From an uncultured Candidatus Saccharibacteria bacterium (lineage in GTDB: Bacteria > Patescibacteriota > Minisyncoccia > Phycocordibacterales > CAIZLB01), in the NCBI GenBank assembly GCA_964417855.1, contig CAYQJB010000001.1, positions 358,709 to 412,981 of the forward strand: a stretch of 54,273 nt of DNA. The letters run 5' to 3'. The number at the start of each line of letters is the position of its first letter. The stretch's first letter is position 1. Below are positions 19,121 to 28,748 of this stretch, one piece after another. The position numbers and the translations under genes were made by a program. Below the pieces are notes generated by a model that did no database searches, had not been told where the DNA came from, and was given only the letters and a program-made list of their open reading frames with translations.

Positions 19121-20383
19121 TTAGCGCCAAGGAGCATCCTTTCTCCTTAATGTATTATAAATAGATGTGATTAGCCATAATGGAGAAATTAGAGAATAAA
19201 GAACAATAAAATAAACTATATCTATCATTTTCTTATCCTTAACTCCTGTAAGTTTCTTTCCATACCAGATTGCAAAAATAACAAGTACCAAGGTCACAAG
19301 TCCAACAATCGCTGTTGTTTGAATATTATAAAGCCACCAGTCTAGAGTGAACGCATTGATGTCAAAGTTCCAGCCCACTAGGTTTATTCTTTGATACGTT
19401 TCGAATATATTTTTAATCAACTTTATAAATGAATAACCTAGAAAAAAGACTGTAACGACAATTGAATACATAGCAACGGGAAGTATAAGCATTCCCAAAT
19501 TTCCATACTTGGGATTTAGAATCATTCTTCTGTAATCTATTGCATTCTGAATAAATCCACCAGTCCATCTAACACGTTGTTTATATAGCCTATACAGAGT
19601 TCTTGGTCCTATTGTATAAACAATGGCTTTATGCGCATTAACAATTTTAAAGTGGCTTTCCTGTAGTCTAAGTGCCATCTCTAGATCTTCTGTATTGTGC
19701 GCATGCTTGTAGTTTCCAACTTTTGAAAAGACCACTTTTCTGAATATCGAGAAAGGGCCTGGTGTAACATACTGTGCATCAAGGAATCCTAGAATTTTTC
19801 TAGTAAATACCCCCATGTTATATTCAGCGTTTTGCATTAGCCCCAAAATAGTATCTGGATTTTGTATCTTTAACGATGGAGTAACCGCTCCAACATTCTT
19901 GTCCTCAAAATAGGGAATAATATGAAGTAGAGCATTAGCGTCAACTTCTGAGTCGGCATCCAAACAGCCAATCATCTCAGTTGTTGAATTTGCTATACCA
20001 TAATTTAATGCTGTATATTTTCCACCATTTTCCTTTTGATGCAATAATATTTGTGGATAGTTATCATATTTCTTAACAACATTCCATGTATTGTCTGTTG
20101 AACCATCGTCAACAATCATTATTTTTAATTTTTCTGCAGGATAGTTTAATTTAAGTAATGACTCAATGGTTTTTTCAACAGTATTTTGTTCATTAAATAC
20201 AGGTACTAATATAGTTACAGATGGATAGTCTGATTCGCTTGCATGAGTTTCTGTATGGCTTGGCAGGGCAAACTCTCCACTAATTCTTTTTCTGTTTTCT
20301 ATAAGGGTCACCATTAGGAAAACGCTGTAAAAAACAATGAAAAACAGCGAGGAATAGTTGAATATTTCAATTATATATTGCAT
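19121..20383 (-). CDS. family 2 glycosyltransferase, processive type (membrane-integrated)
   Basis: DDGSTD, DAD and QRVRW (QxxRW) motifs plus C-terminal TM helices. Confidence 0.75.
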   Translation of the reverse strand: MQYIIEIFNYSSLFFIVFYSVFLMVTLIENRKRISGEFALPSHTETHASESDYPSVTILVPVFNEQNTVEKTIESLLKLNYPAEKLKIMIVDDGSTDNTWNVVKKYDNYPQILLHQKENGGKYTALNYGIANSTTEMIGCLDADSEVDANALLHIIPYFEDKNVGAVTPSLKIQNPDTILGLMQNAEYNMGVFTRKILGFLDAQYVTPGPFSIFRKVVFSKVGNYKHAHNTEDLEMALRLQESHFKIVNAHKAIVYTIGPRTLYRLYKQRVRWTGGFIQNAIDYRRMILNPKYGNLGMLILPVAMYSIVVTVFFLGYSFIKLIKNIFETYQRINLVGWNFDINAFTLDWWLYNIQTTAIVGLVTLVLVIFAIWYGKKLTGVKDKKMIDIVYFIVLYSLISPLWLITSIYNTLRRKDAPWR

Positions 20384-20450
20384 AAGTTGGCTAGTTCCTT
20401 ATAGTATATCGGATTTAACGTTTTTTTCAATATAAGCTATACTAGACGAC

Positions 20451-21230
20451 ATGACAGAATCAAATACAAATAAGGTGTCAGACGATGTATCAGAGGGTAT
20501 TGTTGATGGTGTTTTAGATCTTGATTTGGCTGGAAAGATTGGACACCTTCACCCGATGACACAAACTATTAATGAGATAACTAAAATCTTTGCAGAAATT
20601 GGTTTTCAGGTCGCAGAAGGGCCTGAGATTGAAACAGAGTTTAATAACTTTGACGCATTAAATGTTCCTAAAGATCACACTTCCCGTGATATGCAGGATA
20701 CTTTTTGGTTGAAAGATGTAGGACCTGCTGGCGAGCGTCTGCTTCCTCGTACCCACACTTCTCCTGTTCAAATTAGATTTATGCAATCACACACCCCTCC
20801 TTTTAGAATTATTGCTCCAGGAAAGGTTTTTAGAAATGAATCAACTGACGCTACACATGAAGCTGAGTTCTTTCAAGTTGAAGGAATGTACATTGATAAG
20901 AACGTATCATTAGCAAATTTAAAATTTGTTTTAGAGTCTTTTGTTAAGAAGTTTTTTGGGGAGGGAACAGAGATGCGTTTTAGACCATCATACTTTCCCT
21001 TTGTTGAACCAGGGTTTGAAATTGATATTAGATGGAAGGACAGATGGTTAGAAGTTTGTGGGGCGGGATTGGTAAGACCAGAGGTTATGAAGGCCGGAGG
21101 AATTAATCCTGAAGAATGGCAGGGCTTTGCTTTTGGAATGGGATTAGACAGAATGGTTATGCTTAAATATGGAATTGACGATATTAGAAACATGTATTCA
21201 GGGGACTTAAGGTTTGTTAATCAGTTTTAA
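20451..21230 (+). CDS. pheS: phenylalanine--tRNA ligase alpha subunit (short form)
   Basis: class II aaRS motifs (PKDHTSRDMQDTFW, PRTHTSPVQIR); 259 aa, lacks the N-terminal extension. Confidence 0.9.
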   Translation: MTESNTNKVSDDVSEGIVDGVLDLDLAGKIGHLHPMTQTINEITKIFAEIGFQVAEGPEIETEFNNFDALNVPKDHTSRDMQDTFWLKDVGPAGERLLPRTHTSPVQIRFMQSHTPPFRIIAPGKVFRNESTDATHEAEFFQVEGMYIDKNVSLANLKFVLESFVKKFFGEGTEMRFRPSYFPFVEPGFEIDIRWKDRWLEVCGAGLVRPEVMKAGGINPEEWQGFAFGMGLDRMVMLKYGIDDIRNMYSGDLRFVNQF

Positions 21231-21242
21231 AATACGAACAAA

Positions 21243-21288
21243 CGATTTTTAAGCGTAAAAATTGTGCCAAAATCAGCAGATTTTGGCC
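21243..21288. repeat. conserved tandem double-hairpin intergenic element, copy 2
   Basis: CGATTTTTA-agcg-TAAAAATTG (the G-to-A change keeps a G-U pair) followed by TGCCAAAATC-agca-GATTTTGGCC. Confidence 0.7.
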
Positions 21289-21329
21289 ATAAACACACAA
21301 AATAAGAAAAATAAAATTAAAATACTAAA

Positions 21330-23408
21330 ATGCTTATCTCACATAATTGGTTAAAAAAATATTTCACGGACAGCGCTCAAGCGTTGCCAGACATAAAAAC
21401 GATAGAAAATACTTTTACTATGGGTATTTTTGAAGTTGAGGGAGTGGAGTCTGCAAAAGCAGGAGACTTAAGCGATACTATTTTTGATGTAAAAGTTTTA
21501 CCTGATCGTGCACACTACTGTTATTCTCACAGATATGTTGCACAAGAGCTGGGGGCACTTCTGAATATTAGAGCAAACCTTCCTGTTTACGATTCTGCAA
21601 AAATTTCTAATCAAGTTAATGAAGAAAACACCAGTCTTTCTGTTGGTGTAAATGTTGTTGAAGAAAAAACTGGAGAAGGGAAGGATCGATTCGTTTGTCC
21701 AAGATATATGGCAAGACGAGTAGAAAATGTTGAAGCTGTTGCGTCACCACTGTGGCTAAAAGATCAATTGGAGTCTTTGGGACAGAGATCGATAAACGTT
21801 TTAGTTGATCTTACAAATTATACAATGATTGAAACAGGCCAACCTCTTCATGCTTTTGATGCCGATAAAGTGGATGGGCAAATAAATGTTAGATTTGCAA
21901 AAGAAGGAGAGATTATAATATTGCTTGATGGCACAGAGGTAAAATTATCAGCGGATATTCTTGTAATTGCCGATGATAAGGGTGCGCTTGCTATTGCTGG
22001 TGTTAAGGGGGGAAAGAAGGCTGAAGTTACAGCGGATACTAAAAAAATAATAATTGAATCTGCAAATTTTGATAGTGTATCTGTTAGAAAAACATCTCAA
22101 AAAGTTGGTATAAAAAATGAGTCATCAAAAAGATATGAAAACAAAGTGACACCAGAGAGAACTGCACTTGCCATGAATGCAATTTCAGAATCTTTAGCTT
22201 CAATTTTCCCGAATGCAAAATTTGGAAAAATTACAGATGTATTTTTGGGAAAAATGGAAGCGCAGGAAGTAAGAAGGCTTGATGTTTCTATTGATTTTAT
22301 CAATAGTTCAATTGGTCTAACAAATAAAATTTCAGCTGATAAAATTATTGAAATACTTGGAAGATGTGATATTAAGGCTGAATTAGTTGCAGGAGATAAC
22401 GATGGACTGACAATCCTAGTCCCAGAATATAGATTGGACTTAGAGATTGGATTAGATATTGTCGATGAAGTTGGACGCATTCTCAATTACATGAACCTTT
22501 CCCCAGTAGAATTACCTATTGAAAACAACAGACCTGTTTTAAAGAACTTTTATTACATGAATGCATTCAGAAAAGTGTTTCAAGAGCTAGGTTTTTCAGA
22601 GGTTTATACGCACTCGTTAAAAGAGCGTGGTGATGTTGAGATATTGAACCCTTTAAATATCGATAGGGGATTTATGAGAAATACTATTGGAGAGGGTCTT
22701 ATAAAAAATCTTGAACATAATTTAAGATATTCAGATTTATTAGGACTAGATTCAATTAAAATATATGAGTCCGGAAGTATATTTGGGGGAAAGAAAGAAA
22801 GACTTTCTCTTGCCTTTGGAATTGCTAATACGAAAAAGGTGAAGGGTTATAACTTTGAAGCAGAGGCAGAGAAGATCTTCGATCAAATTATAAAGAACGA
22901 TTTTTTTGCCAGTTCAGTTAGCCCAGAAAGTGCTGGTTTAAGTTTAGATATACTAAAGTCTTCTGTAAAATTTACTGAAGCAAATATTGGAACAGGAGGA
23001 GTAAGTGTCTTGGGAAATGTCTGTGAGATAGAATTACAAAATATCATAAATGTATTACCTGAGCCTAAAGAAGACATTGTATTTGAAACTCAAAAGGAGG
23101 TTAAATATAAAAAGTATTCTCAATACCCATTTATGTCTCGTGATATCTCAGTGTTCGTTCCAGGAGAAGCTGATCAAGCTGATGTTGTTAAGTCTATAAT
23201 TACAAAGAATGGTACAGATTTACTATCAAGTATCAGATTGTTTGATGTATATACAAAAAATAAAGAAGGTGAACCTGTAAAAACTTCTTATGCACTAAGG
23301 CTTGTTTTTCAATCGGATGATAGGACTTTAGTTGAAGAAGAAATCAATTTAATTATGCAAAACATTACTGGGGACATGAATGGAAGGGGAGGTTGGGAAG
23401 TTAGATAA
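21330..23408 (+). CDS. pheT: phenylalanine--tRNA ligase beta subunit (short form)
   Basis: MLISHNWLKKYF N-terminus typical of PheT; B3/B4, B5 and anticodon-binding regions; pheS-pheT synteny. Confidence 0.85.
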   Translation: MLISHNWLKKYFTDSAQALPDIKTIENTFTMGIFEVEGVESAKAGDLSDTIFDVKVLPDRAHYCYSHRYVAQELGALLNIRANLPVYDSAKISNQVNEENTSLSVGVNVVEEKTGEGKDRFVCPRYMARRVENVEAVASPLWLKDQLESLGQRSINVLVDLTNYTMIETGQPLHAFDADKVDGQINVRFAKEGEIIILLDGTEVKLSADILVIADDKGALAIAGVKGGKKAEVTADTKKIIIESANFDSVSVRKTSQKVGIKNESSKRYENKVTPERTALAMNAISESLASIFPNAKFGKITDVFLGKMEAQEVRRLDVSIDFINSSIGLTNKISADKIIEILGRCDIKAELVAGDNDGLTILVPEYRLDLEIGLDIVDEVGRILNYMNLSPVELPIENNRPVLKNFYYMNAFRKVFQELGFSEVYTHSLKERGDVEILNPLNIDRGFMRNTIGEGLIKNLEHNLRYSDLLGLDSIKIYESGSIFGGKKERLSLAFGIANTKKVKGYNFEAEAEKIFDQIIKNDFFASSVSPESAGLSLDILKSSVKFTEANIGTGGVSVLGNVCEIELQNIINVLPEPKEDIVFETQKEVKYKKYSQYPFMSRDISVFVPGEADQADVVKSIITKNGTDLLSSIRLFDVYTKNKEGEPVKTSYALRLVFQSDDRTLVEEEINLIMQNITGDMNGRGGWEVR

Positions 23409-23424
23409 AAAATATAATAAAACA

Positions 23425-23454
23425 CCCCTTCCGTCTGTCACACGGAAGGGGTTT
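23425..23454 (+). terminator. rho-independent terminator after pheT
   Basis: CCCCTTCCG...CGGAAGGGG 9-bp stem followed by TTTGTTGTT. Confidence 0.65.
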
Positions 23455-23480
23455 GTTGTTGGATGAAGTGCGTCTTGCCA

Positions 23481-24020
23481 TCAAGTGCCTTCTGGAAAAA
23501 TAGGGGTTAGTCTCCAGGCGATTTGCACAACCGGTCCATCATTGTGTGCAAACATAAATGAGCGCCGTTCTTCCTCATTCGTCTTGTAGTCCGTGTTGTA
23601 TTCACTTAGATGGATGAACGAACCATCTCCATCTGCGAGAAAAGCTATAAACAATTTTCCAAAATCCTCCTTGCTGTGTACGGTACACCCCAGATGCTCG
23701 GGCGCGTCATCCGGAAGAATGAGTTCAATTTGATCATCACCCCTCTTTAGGAAAGCATTTGACCCGTTGTTTTGTAGGCAGACATATTTCTGATTATCAA
23801 CAAGGAATCTAACTTCCTCCTGCAAGCCATTGTGGGAATGTCTGGCTATGTGTTCTGGTTTTGCCTCCACCCCAGCTGCGACAAAGATTGCCGTGAGGTC
23901 ACGCGTGAAGCGTGGAGCAATATATCTGATCATAATTATATTTTCTATTGCAAAAGAACGATACCTGCACCGTTCTCTCAGATTGAGTACTAGTTTTGTG
24001 TTGATTGTCCATGTGCCCAT
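23481..24020 (-). CDS. hypothetical protein, possibly cupin-fold; possible foreign origin
   Basis: HSHNGLQEE resembles cupin motif 1 (HxH...E); GC content visibly higher than neighbours; likely true start is M30 (23933), giving about 150 aa. Confidence 0.4.
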   Translation of the reverse strand: MGTWTINTKLVLNLRERCRYRSFAIENIIMIRYIAPRFTRDLTAIFVAAGVEAKPEHIARHSHNGLQEEVRFLVDNQKYVCLQNNGSNAFLKRGDDQIELILPDDAPEHLGCTVHSKEDFGKLFIAFLADGDGSFIHLSEYNTDYKTNEEERRSFMFAHNDGPVVQIAWRLTPIFPEGT

Positions 24021-24189
24021 AGGGGAAGTAGGACCTGTAACGCAGGTTGCAAAACTATATCACATATTAATAGATTGGCAATGAGTATGGAGGTCTATTT
24101 TTTGCTATAATTATTGCATTATTACGAATATCGCTATAATATATAATCTCAAAATGAGATGTATGTTTAATTAAAAACCACATTTTTAC

Positions 24190-26355
24190 ATGGCAAAAGA
24201 AGAAAAAAAACCTAAGAAGGAAGTTTATGATGCATCCAACATTCAAGTTCTTGAAGGGCTAGAGCCTGTAAGAAAGCGTCCTGGAATGTACATCGGAACA
24301 ACAGGACCTGAAGGTCTTCACCACTTGATTTGGGAAATTTTTGATAACTCAAGAGACGAGGCAATGGCTAATAGATGTAGTCGTATTGAGGTTGCTCTTT
24401 TGCCTGATGGATATGTGAGAGTGGTTGATGATGGTAATGGTATTCCTGTTGGAATCCACCCAAAGACAAAAGTTTCTGCACTTGAAACTATTATGACGGT
24501 TCTTCATGCTGGAGGTAAGTTTGATAATGAGGCGTATAAATTCTCTGGAGGGCTTCACGGAGTGGGGGCTTCTGTTGTGAACGCGCTTTCATTGCATACT
24601 GAAGTTATGGTTCATCAAGATGGTGGAATTCACATGCAGGCATACGATCAAGGAAAGCGTAGAGCTCCTGTAAAGAAGATTGGTACAACAAAGAATCACG
24701 GAACAATTGTAAAATTTAAGCCTGATGTTGAAATTTTTAAGGAGGGAATTGATTTTGATTGGAGTAAGGTTGTTAATCGTCTTAGACAACAAGCCTACCT
24801 AGTTAAGAAACTAGAAATTAATGTTATTGATGCCAGAGATTTTTCTGTAAAAGAAATAGATAGAGTTTTGGAAGATGCATTCTTTATTAAAGATCAAAAA
24901 TTAAATGTTCCTTCAATGTCATTTTATTTTGAAGGAGGACTTAGATCTCTTGTTGCATTTTATAATCATACTCAAAAGGCAATTCATAAGAATATTTTCT
25001 ATGCAGAAAAAGAGGTTGGTAATGTTCAGGTAGAAGTTGCTTTGCAATATATTGATGATATAGATTCAAAAATTGTTGCTTATGCAAACAATATTTTTAA
25101 CTCAGAAGGAGGAACTCATGTTGCTGGGTTTAAGATGGCTTTAACTCGTACAATAAACTCTTATGCAAAGAAGAATAATTTAATTAAGGATAATGATGAT
25201 TCATTAACTGGAGATGACCTGCAAGAAGGACTTGTTGCTGTGGTTTCAGTTAAGATGCAGGAGATTCAATTTGAAGGACAGACTAAGTCAAAACTAGGCT
25301 CTACGGAGGCACAGGGAGCTACGTCATCTGCATTTGCCGAAACATTCTCAATGTTCCTAGAGGAAAATCCTGATGATGCTAAACAAATCGTTCAAAAAGG
25401 AATTCTGGCTTTGCGTTCAAGAAAGGCCGCAAAGGCTGCTAAGGACTCTGTTCTAAGAAAGGGTGCGCTTGAGGGAATGACACTTCCTGGAAAATTGTCA
25501 GACTGTCAAAGTAGAAAAGCGGAAGAATCAGAACTGTTTATTGTAGAGGGAGATTCTGCTGGAGGAACAGCAAAAATGGGACGTGACCGTAAGACCCAAG
25601 CTGTACTTCCATTGCGTGGAAAGATCCTAAACATTGAGCGTGCTCGTCTTGATAAACTTCTTGCATCAGAACAGGTACGTAATCTGGTTATTGCAATTGG
25701 AGGAGGAATCGGAGATACATTTGATGTAGCTAAAATCAGATATCACAAAATTATTATCGCTACCGATGCCGACGTTGACGGTGCCCATATTCGTACACTT
25801 ATATTAACTTTGTTCTTTAGATATTTTAGAGCATTGATTGATGGAGGATATGTTTATATTGCTCAACCACCACTTTATAAAGTTAAGAAGGGAAAAGAAA
25901 TACATTATTTTTATGCACAAGAAGAATTAAATAATTTCCTTGCCAAAGAAGGTGTTGATCCAAGTGCTGTAGAGGTAAGTTCTGAATCATTGCCTGACGA
26001 TGATGTGGGGGTAGATGAGGTTGGAGGAAATTCTGAAGAGGATGACGCATTAGCAGTGGATGCAATGGGCATGGTTATTAATGGAAAAGGAGCCAAGGAT
26101 GCTAAGGGTAAGAAAGGAGTAGTAGAAAAAGCATTAGCAAAAATTTCTGTTCAGAGATATAAAGGTCTCGGAGAAATGAATGCTGAAGAGCTTGGAGAAA
26201 CTACTATGGATATTCATCAGAGAATTTTGAAAAGAGTTACCCTTGGCGACATTGATGAAGATAGTAGTACAATAGATACTTTGATGGGAAATGATGTTCC
26301 AGCAAGAAAGACATTCATTCAAACGAATGCAAAGATGGCTAACATTGATGTATAA
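24190..26355 (+). CDS. gyrB: DNA gyrase subunit B
   Basis: GHKL ATPase and TOPRIM motifs (LEGLEPVRKRPGMYIGTT, EGDSAGG, QPPLYK); acidic insertion near the C-terminus. Confidence 0.9.
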   Translation: MAKEEKKPKKEVYDASNIQVLEGLEPVRKRPGMYIGTTGPEGLHHLIWEIFDNSRDEAMANRCSRIEVALLPDGYVRVVDDGNGIPVGIHPKTKVSALETIMTVLHAGGKFDNEAYKFSGGLHGVGASVVNALSLHTEVMVHQDGGIHMQAYDQGKRRAPVKKIGTTKNHGTIVKFKPDVEIFKEGIDFDWSKVVNRLRQQAYLVKKLEINVIDARDFSVKEIDRVLEDAFFIKDQKLNVPSMSFYFEGGLRSLVAFYNHTQKAIHKNIFYAEKEVGNVQVEVALQYIDDIDSKIVAYANNIFNSEGGTHVAGFKMALTRTINSYAKKNNLIKDNDDSLTGDDLQEGLVAVVSVKMQEIQFEGQTKSKLGSTEAQGATSSAFAETFSMFLEENPDDAKQIVQKGILALRSRKAAKAAKDSVLRKGALEGMTLPGKLSDCQSRKAEESELFIVEGDSAGGTAKMGRDRKTQAVLPLRGKILNIERARLDKLLASEQVRNLVIAIGGGIGDTFDVAKIRYHKIIIATDADVDGAHIRTLILTLFFRYFRALIDGGYVYIAQPPLYKVKKGKEIHYFYAQEELNNFLAKEGVDPSAVEVSSESLPDDDVGVDEVGGNSEEDDALAVDAMGMVINGKGAKDAKGKKGVVEKALAKISVQRYKGLGEMNAEELGETTMDIHQRILKRVTLGDIDEDSSTIDTLMGNDVPARKTFIQTNAKMANIDV

Positions 26356-26390
26356 GGGTTTTGGAAAATGGTGGGGATTGTAAGACAAAC

Positions 26391-26418
26391 AAAAAAATCG
26401 CAGTGATGCGATTTTTTT
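26391..26418. terminator. bidirectional rho-independent terminator between convergent genes
   Basis: AAAAAAATCGCA-gtga-TGCGATTTTTTT. Confidence 0.75.
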
Positions 26419-26458
26419 GTTTACTTTGTTGTTGAGTGATGTTGTGTATGAACCTTGT

Positions 26459-27814
26459 TTAGTAGTTCACAAAGAATGACTGACTAATAGTATTGTCACC
26501 TTCATTGGACTCAGTAATATTATTTGATGAATCAACATTTATTGTTATATAGTTTGATCCATAAGTTAAACCATCAAATGTTGTTGTATAAGTTTTAGTT
26601 TCTCCAGGTGCTAGTCCACTTTCAGGGTTTGGTGTCGTGAATGATCTTGAGCCATCACTATTGTAGGTATAACCATTGTAATATGAATTATTATTATAAT
26701 AATTATTGTATGTGTTTGGTCCAACTAATTGAGATTTCCAGAACCAACTTGAAGTATAAGTAGAGCTATTATTAGTTACTTCAAACTTAACGGCAACCTT
26801 GTCTGATGTTCTTAAATATGAGTTTTGTGTAAATTGATTGTAAGTATCTATTTTTCCAACAGCTATCATCCTGATTGTTAGATTCGGTGTTCCGTTATTG
26901 TATCCATAATTGTTGTTGTAGTTACTGTTATAATTATAACTATTGTTGTAATTATTATTATAATTTACATTGTTATAGTTATTGATCTGATTTACGTTCA
27001 GAGCAACACTCGCTTGATTATTATTTTTACTAGTTTCGATTATTGAACCATTTGGATCAATTGAAACTGTAACCTGTTGATTAAGTCCAGCAGCAGGAGT
27101 ATTAAACACAGCCTGACCTGATACAGCAGCTCCTGCGGGTATTGATCCTGATGAGAGTGTTTTTACTTGGTCATTTGCATTTGAGGATGGCACATTAACT
27201 TTCATGCTCCATGGACCTGATGGTCCTTTTCCTTGGTTTTCAACTTTAAATTTTATTACAACGGTATTTGATGTTGTAAAATTATTTGTCGCAACAAAAG
27301 CTCCATTAGAATTATTTGTTCCAATAGATGTAATTTGAACTGCAAGATCTGGAGTTCCAGCTGTTCCTGCTATTTTTTGATTACTATTGTTTATTACAGC
27401 AGAATTATTAGATGTATTGTTTGTTTGAGTATTTGCTCCAGGTTTTGTTGAGGTTGATACTATAAACGTTGGTTGTGTCTCGCTAGCTTTCTTTCCTCCA
27501 AAAAGACTTGCAAAAAAACCTTCGCTCTTTGTTGGAGTAGGGGAATTGTCAGTGACTGGAGCAGTTTTATTATTTGTATTATCTAGAGTTATACCGCTAC
27601 TTGTTGAAGTATTTCCTGTAGAGGTAGTCACAGAATCCTTACCATCAGAAGGGAAGAATGCTGATGAAACTGATATTGTTGCATTTGCCATTGATGAAAG
27701 AACCTTTGGAACAACACTTACCATAAAGAAGCTCAAAAATACTAATACTAATATAATGAATGATATTACGAGTACTCTCGTAGATGATTTAATAGCTAAT
27801 TTTGCTTTTTCCAT
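26459..27814 (-). CDS. membrane-anchored surface protein with two CARDB-like domains
   Basis: N-terminal signal anchor; two beta-rich domains ending in SNEGDNT/ETSKNNN-type CARDB signatures; separated by an Asn/Tyr-rich low-complexity linker. Confidence 0.55.
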   Translation of the reverse strand: MEKAKLAIKSSTRVLVISFIILVLVFLSFFMVSVVPKVLSSMANATISVSSAFFPSDGKDSVTTSTGNTSTSSGITLDNTNNKTAPVTDNSPTPTKSEGFFASLFGGKKASETQPTFIVSTSTKPGANTQTNNTSNNSAVINNSNQKIAGTAGTPDLAVQITSIGTNNSNGAFVATNNFTTSNTVVIKFKVENQGKGPSGPWSMKVNVPSSNANDQVKTLSSGSIPAGAAVSGQAVFNTPAAGLNQQVTVSIDPNGSIIETSKNNNQASVALNVNQINNYNNVNYNNNYNNSYNYNSNYNNNYGYNNGTPNLTIRMIAVGKIDTYNQFTQNSYLRTSDKVAVKFEVTNNSSTYTSSWFWKSQLVGPNTYNNYYNNNSYYNGYTYNSDGSRSFTTPNPESGLAPGETKTYTTTFDGLTYGSNYITINVDSSNNITESNEGDNTISQSFFVNY

Positions 27815-27881
27815 AATCTGAATACTATATCATATAAACCAATATTGTCAATATTTATTATTTAATATATAATAGTCGTAT

Positions 27882-28622
27882 ATGGATCAATTTGAATTAA
27901 ATATAAATACGAGTGAGGCTAATAAAACCAGTAAAACCGCAAAGACAAAGACTGTGTCTAAAAAACTTATGGAGCGGTATGATGTGTTGTTCATAGTTGG
28001 ATTTGGATTGGCTTTTCTGACGACCTTGGTAGTATTTTCGATTTTTGGCCTAATTCCAAAGGAATTAGCTGTTTCACCCTCTGGTAATTCAAGCAACAAT
28101 TTGAGCCTAGAAAGTCAATCAAATACAAGTTTGTTTGGTGTTGATTTCACAAAAGGAACTGATAAAGTACAAAAAATAACCACAATTTCTAGTGATGATT
28201 TACCTGTTAGAATCGTAATTGAAAAGGCTGGAGTTGATACGAAAATAATGAATCCAGAGTCATCTAGCGTAACTTTTCTAGACAATGAACTATCAAAGGC
28301 CCCAGTTAGATACCCTGGGTCAGGGACTCTTTCCTCAGGAAATATCTTTGTATTCGGGCATTCTACAGGCTTTAAGGTGGTTCAAAATCAAGCCTTTAAG
28401 GTATTTAATAATATTAAGAATTTAAAGAATGGAGACCAAATAATGGTATATTCTCAAAGCGGAAAAAGTCATATTTATAGCGTTACTGATGTGAAAGAGG
28501 TGAGTAAAAATGACACATATATAAAATTTGACGCCAGCAAGCCAAGTATTACTTTATCTACCTGCGACAGCTTTGGGCAAGCGAGTGATCGATACGTGGT
28601 TAGTGCTGTTTCAAGTCAATAA
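27882..28622 (+). CDS. sortase (transpeptidase)
   Basis: N-terminal TM anchor; catalytic His (FGHSTG) and TLSTC active-site Cys motif. Confidence 0.8.
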   Translation: MDQFELNINTSEANKTSKTAKTKTVSKKLMERYDVLFIVGFGLAFLTTLVVFSIFGLIPKELAVSPSGNSSNNLSLESQSNTSLFGVDFTKGTDKVQKITTISSDDLPVRIVIEKAGVDTKIMNPESSSVTFLDNELSKAPVRYPGSGTLSSGNIFVFGHSTGFKVVQNQAFKVFNNIKNLKNGDQIMVYSQSGKSHIYSVTDVKEVSKNDTYIKFDASKPSITLSTCDSFGQASDRYVVSAVSSQ

Positions 28623-28748
28623 TTAGTGTTTTTTACACAAATAAGGCTTATAATATGGCTAATTTGACTTATCGGCCAAGGAGTAACGTATTTATGGAAG
28701 GCTAAAACTATTGACAATATAGTTATTTTGGTATATAATATAACTACT

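Noticed and set aside
24349-26388. Small minus-strand ORFs inside or after gyrB (24349-24558, 24589-24792, 25883-26096, 26134-26388)
   Set aside because: They are antisense to gyrB or span its terminator. None has a supporting motif.
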